Below are positions 34,006 to 35,131 of a stretch of DNA of 35,131 nucleotides, piece by piece. The notes under the pieces were generated by a model. The model was not told where the DNA came from, made no database searches, and saw only the letters and a program-made list of their open reading frames with translations. The stretch lies in the IMG/VR virus record IMGVR_UViG_3300020044_009476, positions 1 through 35,131 of that record; one strand, given 5' to 3'. Positions within the stretch are counted from its first letter, which is position 1, and every line of letters begins with the position of its first letter. Source of the DNA: a virus (Duplodnaviria; Caudoviricetes). The position numbers were made by a program, and so were the translations under genes.

Positions 34006-34442
34006 TTAACTGGCCTTAGGTGCGGCGGGGCTTTACCCGGTGCGAATCTGTTTCCGCCAGCGCCGGCTTTCTCGGCATTTCGCTGCTTGTTTTCCTTCTT
34101 CCCAGTCTCACCCAGCTTGGCGTACTTGAACGGCATAAGCGTCTTGGCAGCCTCCATCCGCTTCGCCAGATCGACGTTGGTATTGTTCATCACACTTTCC
34201 AGCATCCGCATTGGGTCGCCTTCGGGCGAAGGTAGCGGGGCTGGCAGTCCAGACGGGATTTCTATCTCGGCGGGTTTGTGGTTGGCGAGCATCCGCAGGA
34301 CTTCAGGATCGCCCATCAATTGCATCCCCGCCAATGCGGCGGATTGTTGAGGGTACCCGGCATCAAGTGCGGCTTCCTCGGGAGTCTTACCCTGGAGTCG
34401 GGCTTCGACAAATAGCTTGCGTTTATCCAATTCGAGTTTCAT
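34002..34442 (-). CDS. terS: Terminase small subunit
   Basis: HTH motif EEAALDAGY; RMEAAKTLMPF; GKKE; coupled to terL. Confidence 0.9.
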   Translation of the reverse strand: MKLELDKRKLFVEARLQGKTPEEAALDAGYPQQSAALAGMQLMGDPEVLRMLANHKPAEIEIPSGLPAPLPSPEGDPMRMLESVMNNTNVDLAKRMEAAKTLMPFKYAKLGETGKKENKQRNAEKAGAGGNRFAPGKAPPHLRPVK

Positions 34443-34765
34443 AAGTTGCCGAACCCATTGTCTTCAGTTGCGGTTTTACGGCTGTGGCAAGGTTTGCATA
34501 GCCCTTGCCAGTTAGTTTCGTCCCAAAATAGTACCATGTCGCCACGGTGGGGGATAATGTGGTCCACTTCGTTCGCTGGAGTTATCTTGCCCGCGTCCCG
34601 ACAATGTACACAAAGCGGGTTACGCAGAAGGAATGATGCGCGCAGCTTTCGCCAGCGGACACCGTACAAAGCAGAGGAACTTTTTGCTCCACCCCAAGAT
34701 GTTGTGGGCTGCAGCTTCGGCGTGGAGGTTGCCAAGCGCGGTTTTAGCATTTGTAGCTTAGCCAT
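34439..34765 (-). CDS. Terminase-associated HNH endonuclease (HK97 gp74-like)
   Basis: PLCVHC, EVDHIIPHRGD, NWQGLCKPCHSRKT. Confidence 0.92.
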   Translation of the reverse strand: MAKLQMLKPRLATSTPKLQPTTSWGGAKSSSALYGVRWRKLRASFLLRNPLCVHCRDAGKITPANEVDHIIPHRGDMVLFWDETNWQGLCKPCHSRKTATEDNGFGNL

Positions 34766-35042
34766 CAAGACTTTTGCCCATCTGCGACGCTGGTTCGCCA
34801 CCGTCAAGGTCGATCATGTAGGCGAGCAACGCTTGGTTTACCTCGACAAGGCCTTCGATTGCGGTGCAGAGACGGTCTAAGTTACTGTGGTGCAGCTTAG
34901 CTTCAAACGACGGGTCGGTGATAAGTAACTCACAGTTCGTCGCTTCCAACATCGGCTTTAGCATTTCGCGTATCCGCGCCCCCGCTTCCAGTGTTACTGG
35001 CCTCGGGCTTCTTAACTCCAAAAGATTTTTTGATTCGCTCAC
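34758..35042 (-). CDS. Hypothetical protein upstream of the HNH gene
   Basis: AGGA RBS before GTG at 35042; overlaps the HNH start. Confidence 0.6.
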   Translation of the reverse strand: MSESKNLLELRSPRPVTLEAGARIREMLKPMLEATNCELLITDPSFEAKLHHSNLDRLCTAIEGLVEVNQALLAYMIDLDGGEPASQMGKSLDG

Positions 35043-35100
35043 TGGCCATCCTCGCGTATTTTTCAATCGTCTTGCGACGCTGTTCACAACCACAACTCAT
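34930..35100 (-). CDS. Small 56-aa protein MSCGCEQRRK..., overlapping the next gene out of frame
   Basis: GGGA element before ATG at 35100; TGA at 34930-34932. Confidence 0.5.
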   Translation of the reverse strand: MSCGCEQRRKTIEKYARMASERIKKSFGVKKPEASNTGSGGADTRNAKADVGSDEL

Positions 35101-35131
35101 GATATTAATTCCCGTTCGTGGCGTCTTGGGA

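Noticed and set aside
1-35131. tRNA, rRNA, integrase, transposase or host chromosomal genes
   Set aside because: None were recognised; the intergenic gaps are short and show no cloverleaf signatures.

Overview
Part of a tailed dsDNA bacteriophage genome (siphovirus; HK97-type head, lambda-like non-contractile tail), probably from a gammaproteobacterial host. The + strand arm (1-8.5 kb) holds early/replication genes: a 5'-truncated family A DNA polymerase, RdgC, ThyA and many small ORFs, with two strong sigma70 promoters that share a palindromic operator. The - strand arm (35.1-8.4 kb) is the late operon: HNH, small terminase, intein-containing large terminase, protease-capsid fusion, portal, a repeat-rich protein, head-tail joining genes, tail tube, frameshifted tail chaperone, tape measure, a minimal tail tip, and a lysis cassette (holin-like genes, GH19 endolysin, Rz with embedded Rz1). 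The main candidate for a new system is a three-gene cassette inserted in the head-tail joining module: a Maf/DUF115-like transferase, a SAM methyltransferase and a KpsS/KpsC-like transferase. It looks like a virion glycosylation system that uses CMP-ulosonic acid donors. Also notable are a promoter-decamer repeat-hairpin-terminator unit (candidate small RNA), a 7-blade propeller with hypervariable positions facing an unannotated lipoprotein, and two large genes that split the lysis cassette. The first 131 nt are an inverted copy of 259-389, probably a fold-back artefact. All family assignments come from motif recognition by eye; no database search was run.
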